Shown here piece after piece: positions 57,865 through 64,000 of a stretch of DNA of 64,000 nt. The stretch lies in assembly GCF_009914755.1 (NCBI RefSeq), contig NC_060947.1; one strand, 5' to 3'. Each line of letters opens with the position of its first letter. The first letter of the stretch is position 1. This DNA is from the human T2T-CHM13v2.0 reference genome, Homo sapiens. Made by a program: the position numbers and the translations under genes. The notes under the pieces are model-generated. The model saw only the letters and a program-made list of their open reading frames with translations, did no database searches and had not been told where the DNA came from.

Positions 57865-58800
57865 CTATTACTTATTGTTTTAAATTGACAAATAAAAATT
57901 GAATATATTTGTGGTATCCATTATGATGTTTCAGTATATGTATAGACATTGTGGAATGGCTAAATCAAGGTAATTAACACATCCATTACCTCACATACAC
58001 ATCACTTTTTAAAATAATGAGAACACTTAAAATCTACTCTTTTAACAGTTTTCAAGCAGACAGTACATTGTTATTAACTAGTCAACCTGACTACAATAGA
58101 TCTCTTGAACTTATTCCTGTTGTCTAACTGAAATTTTTTATTATTTGACCAGCATCTCTTCAACACCTCCTCATCCCCAGGCCCTGGTAACTACCATTCT
58201 ACTCTTTGCTTTAACGAGTTCAACTTTTAGATTCCACATATAGATGAGAACATGCAGTATTTGTCCTCTGTGTCTGGTTTATTCCACTCAACGAATATCC
58301 TCTAGGATTATACATATTGCTGCAAGTGACAGAATTTCCTTCTTTTTTAAGATTAAATAGTATTGCATTGTGAGTATATGCCACATTTTAAAAAGTCTAT
58401 TCATCCACTGATAGACACTTGTGTTTTCACGTCTAGGCTATGGTGAATAATGTTGCAATGAACATGGGAGTGCAGCTATCTTTTACCCCATTTTTCTAGC
58501 AACAATTATAGTAGCAACAACAAAACTTAAAACATAATGAACATTTGCTTTTGTACTCTATTTAATTGGGGAGCATTATTTAAAAGGCATTGCCATCTAG
58601 GAAATCACGAATCTGATTTCCCTTCCTTTGGATATATATCCAGAAGTGGGATTGCTGATTTAATTTCAGATTAGTATTTCTATTTTTAATATTTTTGAGA
58701 AACCTCCATACTGTTTTCCATAATGGCTGTGCTAATTTACATTCCCACCAGCGGCATGCAAGGGTTTCCTTTTCTTCACATCCTCACCAACACCAGTTAT
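57865..58800 (-). mobile_element. L1MA (MA7-9-like) 3' end with an internal foreign insert
   Basis: ttgtggaatggctaaatcaag, ttttagattccacata, aacatgggagtgcag, cattcccaccagc. Confidence 0.85.
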
Positions 58801-60549
58801 TTTAATTGTGTGTTTGTTTGTAGTTGTGACTTGCAAAGCCCCTTACACGCAGGTGGCAGTCAATGAATAATAGATGGTTCCCCTGAGTGAGAGAATGGAG
58901 TGTGTTTGTGTGTGTGTGTGTTGTATTCCATATGGTACCTTTTTACTAATCCCCAATTACTCCATTGTACATACACTTTGTTTTACTTGGTTCTAATGAT
59001 ATAACACAAAAGAACTTATCCCATTTTCCTAGCAACAATAATAGCAGCAACAACAGGACACAAAAAATAATGAACATGTACTATTGTACTGTGCTTAATT
59101 GGGGAGCATTATTTTAAAACATTGCCATGTAGAGATCTCTATGTAAAGAACACAATTTGGAAACTGATGAATTTATTCTGACAACACCAATGCTGCCTTA
59201 TCACCATGTTTCACTCTATTTTAATTTATACTAGTCCAATAACCAATAAAAGATGGTATTCCATAGAGTGTCCCCTTTGAAAATGAATTTTTACTAAATA
59301 AACTAAAATTAACAACTGATGACCATAAAGGTTTATGAGTGATAGGGATTTAAAAATGGATACCTATTGCTTTCATGAAAACAGTTTGATAATGATAAAC
59401 TGAAAAATTTGAATACTTAAGCACAAGCATTTTATGTTCTGTCATTACTAATACATGGCCAGTACATGATAATACTTCATTCAGTTTTACTTTTTCTTTA
59501 GTTTCCATTAAGAACTTCTCATATTTCCTGTTCTCTAAAGCTTGCATGAGTGCTTTAATTTCTACAGCTGATTGGTAGAAATACAAATGCCTTTCTAGTA
59601 AATGTTAATGAGCACTCTGATGACAATGTTGCTGTTGGTATTTGAAACTGGCAGAATCAATATTCAGGGCCCTCTGGTAAAGAGGCAAGCATATCGGACT
59701 TGAAATTCCTCCAAGTGATTTCAACAACCCAGGACATTCCATTAAGAGGGCTTTCTTATCTAGGGGCAGTCCCATGACATAGACTCCAAGACATAAAGTG
59801 ATAAACTTTAGTGAAGTTCATTATCTTTCAACTCTATTAAAAAGTAGCTGACTTAAAGCTAATCTTATCAATTATTTATCATTCTTTGCACACTGTGAGA
59901 TTGCCTAATTCCCAAGCTCTCAAATATGATTGTAAAAATTGTTTGTTTTCCATCCAAATGCCTTCTTATAACAATCAATTTTATATAAAAAGAAATGGTG
60001 ACTTAAGTGATTTTTAAAATGAAGTATTGAATCTCTTTTCCCACCATTTATGACCAAGAATCCTCAGTTAATGCTTAATAACTTTTATTGTCAAGACATC
60101 CTTTTTAATTTCTAACCTAACCTTCCCTTGTTGACATTTAAATCCATTTATTCTTGCTCTAGGAAGATTAAGAAAAGTTGGCCAGAGTTCTCTTCATAAT
60201 AACCCTTCACTTACTTGATGACAATTACTGAATCACCCTTCATGGTAAATGTCTCCAACCTTCTTTGTGTTCCCTCATTTCCTCTCTTACTATTGCTCAT
60301 ATATGTTATTTTAGATGCAGTAATAGTATAAAAACGGGGTCGATTGAGTGCAAATATCTCTCTCTTATCACCCTCTTTACATTAAGAAGTTCTCACATTT
60401 CCAATTCTCTAAGCTTACGTGAATGCTTTAATTTCTACAGCTGATTGGAAGAAATACAAATGCCTTTCTTGTAAATGTTAATGAGCACTCTGATGACCAT
60501 GTTGCTGTTGGTATCTGAAACTGGCAGAAACAATATTCAGGGTCACTGG

Positions 60550-60985
60550 GTTTAGTCTCCTCCTTTCCTCTTCTCTGGACATGGCTTCTTAGAAAGGTTG
60601 GCCCCAGTGGCTACACTCGAATTGTATGAGCACTTGGTCTCTTGGCTATAGCTGATAGACTCAAGGCTGCACAGGTCATTCAGGTCGGACCACTGTCACA
60701 TGTGTTCAGGAAATTGACATTTGGGATTGAGATTCCAAGGCTGGGATTTTTGGAAGCTGAGTTGTGTTTGTGGCTACTTTTTAGGAGGTGCCCAATCTCT
60801 TCAGGTGAGGTCTCTGGAGTTGTCCTTGTTCCTGAGACTCCTGGTTGCTGATTTTTGGTTTTCTTTTCCTTCAAATTTTTCAGTTTCTAGTGAGAAATCT
60901 AATAATCCTTCCAATAAGTTCCTACTTGGGGCTTCAGAGAGCAAAAACTGATGTCTACTTCTTGAAGCCAAAAGTATTCTAACTC
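60550..60985 (+). mobile_element. Ancient MaLR/ERVL-like LTR remnant
   Basis: ttggctatagctgatag and ccttccaataagttcc...ccaaaagtattctaact motifs; weak match. Confidence 0.35.
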
Positions 60986-61348
60986 ATGTTTTGATGACCC
61001 ACCTGTCAAAAAAGAAAAATAAAAGTGCTTCCTGGGGTTCCCATGGAGTGATTACATGACCACACAAACACCTCACATTACGTGACCCTGTTATTCTGAG
61101 TTAAAAGGTGGGACTATCCACATCCCTTCATGTTATACAGACATCAGAGGTGGTACAGATAACAGTTTAGTGAAGTAACTTGTTTGTACATTGGTCTCCC
61201 ATTTCTTGTGAGGTTTCTGAGGGAATGGAGAGGGGTTTATGAGCTTTTGATTTGTGGTATCCTTCACTGGGGCGAGGCTATGGTAGATTTCCAACACATT
61301 TATTAAATGAAACTTTTAACAAGTCAAATTAGCCCCTTGCTAGATCCA

Positions 61349-61733
61349 TGTATTAGTCCATTCTCACGCTGCTATAAGGACATACCTGAGACTGGGTAAT
61401 TTATAAAGGAAAGACGTTTAATTGACTCACAGTTCAGCATGGCTGGGGAGGCCTCAGGAAACTTGCAATCATGGCAGAAGGGGAGGCAAACATGTCCTTC
61501 TCACATGGCAGTAGGAATAGAAGTATAAGAGCTAAATGAAAGGGGAAGCCCATTATGAAACTGTCAGATCACGTGAGAACTTAACTCACTAGAGTTAAGT
61601 CACTAGAATAGCATGAGGGAAACTATCCCCATGGTTCAATTACCTCCCGTCAGGTCCCTCTCAGAACATGTGGGGAGTATGGGAACTACAACTCAAGATG
61701 AGATTTGGGTAGGGACACAGCCAAACCATATCA
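61349..61733 (-). mobile_element. THE1 (C/D-like) solo LTR with ATCCA target-site duplication
   Basis: TGTATTAGTCC...CCATATCA; ATCCA at 61344 and 61734. Confidence 0.94.
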
Positions 61734-62894
61734 ATCCATGTAGGTGATCTGGTCCTTTACAAAGAAAAGAGCATTTCAGGCACTTTGACTGCAATGTTAT
61801 AACCAAAAGAAGAAATAACTTAGTGCATATACCATGAAAAATATTTAGGGTGGAGGTATGATACTATATTGCAAACCTATCATGAGAAATGAACTATGAT
61901 GGATGCATTTTACGCATTATCACTACAGTAAGGAGGTTTGTTTGGGGAGGTTGAGATAGAACTTTTTAAAAAGTAATAACTTAAAATAATAAAAGCCTTC
62001 ACGAGATAGCATTTGCACACATAAGTTGTAATTAAGTTGTGATCAGACCAGTAATAAATAATAAAAAGATATTGGAACATTCACTGCTTTGAAGGTTAGA
62101 AGGAAGTAGAAATAGAAAGCAAACCAGCTTCTGTTCCTGGGGGAGAAGAATGCAACAGAAGCTTTGGGAGCCATGGAGTGCGTCTTACAGATGTCAACCA
62201 CATGGTGATGAATGGAACTGTGCAATGAATGGAGAATTACAATGAGGCACTGCTGTTAGGTTAAGGTGCATATAGGTATCTCTGTCCCATATAATTGACA
62301 AAGATTTTTTTTCAGACAACTGAATCTTATTCATACCTTTATTCCCAAAGGAAGATTAATTGAATTCTCTTTTTACTCAAAGGGGATGATGTTTAGGACT
62401 TTATCACACGTGGGTCACAATAAGTTTTCACTGATGAAGATATAATTCAGATGAGAGTGTGAGCAGAGAATGAGGGGAAATTGGGTGTATACTATCAAGG
62501 GGTACTGATATTTAAAAAATGACATTGTTCAACATAATCCTTTCCATTCAGGCAAAATGTGTTTCTTGTGCAAAATAGGGTACAGGAATGAAAAATATTT
62601 TATTTTCTGCATCTTTGGAGAGCTAAGGATGGAATAGAAAGAAAAGATGTGAAAAACAGAGAAATTGTGTGGGAGAAGAAAATATTGATGGAATGAGTAC
62701 AGGAATGAAGATGAGGGAAAAGAAGACAGACGCAGAATGGAGACCATTCAGATACAACAATTGCAGACAGGCAGACGGACGATGCTCATGTCCACTAAGA
62801 GAAGATGGTCATAGACACAGCGACCTCCGAGAAGGAAACTTTAAGAATATGCAGGCACAAATTAGCTTAATTCACATAGGGTTAGGGAATATTT

Positions 62895-63130
62895 CTGTAG
62901 CCTGGTGGTTAAGCATTTCAGCTGTGAGGTAAAATAGACCTTAGTTCAAGTCCTGGGTGACATCCTGGCTGGGCATTGAGTGACACTGAGCAAGTTTCAT
63001 CGGACTGCCTCAAATCTCAGTCTTCTCACCTATAAAATATATATTTAAAAAGCATCTACTCATAGGATGTTGTGAATTAAGTGAAATAATGAATGTGAAG
63101 CCCTTCATTTAATGGCTGACACAGCCTAAC
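62895..63130 (+). mobile_element. MIR SINE
   Basis: gtagcctggtggttaagca...gttcaagtcc...tctcagtcttctcacctataaaat...cataggatgttgtga. Confidence 0.75.
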
Positions 63131-64000
63131 TCAGCAGACAGTATTTCAAGTGCTTACAAGTCAGACTGCAGAGAGCAAAACTAGATGAAGTTTTGCTGAA
63201 GTATAAAGGGAACATGCTTTTCAAAGGGGAGATTCTCTCACCTCCAAACACTGATACACCGTGCAGGAGACCTCTAGGTGTTGGCAAATTGTCACGTTTT
63301 TAAGAGATGCTGCATCACAATCTGACTGTTACGTTGATTTTTAAATGTTTACAATTTATTTGATTTTTACAAACATGTTGCAGGACAAATGAATACATCG
63401 GGGGCTGTGAATATCTACCTGAGCACAGCTGGTGACCTCTGTATTAAAAATTATTTTTCTCTTATAGTCACTGCTATAATGCAGACCACTATGATTACTA
63501 ATATAACTGTGATTATTTTACTTTTCTTTTTGGGGCAAGTCACTATCTTGGTGCTTTGGAGCTACCAAGACTATAAAAAAGGAAATATAATATAAACCAT
63601 CAGAGAAGCTTTAACCTAGAAAATAAGTTAATATGCACAAATATGTACAATTAAATGATCCACAAGGTATACATATTTTATAAATTTCTATGACAGAGGG
63701 AGATTTCTTTTTCGTTTCAAACAACCATGATTGTGTTTTCAAAAAAGCAGCCCCTTTGTGGTGGTCCCATTTTAAATGGATTTTACATTAAATTAAGTAG
63801 TGCCTCTAGAAAGCTTGACATATGCTAGTTATTTATCAATGTCATTATTGGCATCATTATTTTACATACAACCAGACAGCCAGCATATTTGTGTACCTCA
63901 GGACTTAAAACTAGCTTGAAATATGTTACATTTCATCAAGGTTAACGAGCTTGACACCAAATATGCTAATTTAAAGGTGGCAGGCATGTGAACAAAGGAA

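Overview
AT-rich, repeat-dense primate genomic DNA, probably human or another hominoid (HERV-W, L1PA3/4-like, Alu S/J, THE1/MST present). It looks intronic or intergenic: I found no credible host protein-coding exon, RNA gene or CpG island. Bases 1-3733 (minus strand) hold a deleted HERV-W element whose 5' LTR begins at R, which is the structure of an L1-made processed pseudogene. The rest is a mosaic of LTRs, a near full-length Tigger1, L1 fragments, SINEs and simple repeats. The most unusual signals are: a ~21-copy 32-bp array with a 14-bp palindrome and paired compensatory changes, starting at an AG|GTAAG motif; a nested MER2/Tigger3/MER4 stack scrambled by a complex inversion; two inverted L1PA 3' ends sharing non-consensus bases; and several short dispersed duplications. 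I cannot support a new gene system from sequence alone. Repeat subfamily names come from recalled consensus sequences and need RepeatMasker/Dfam confirmation.
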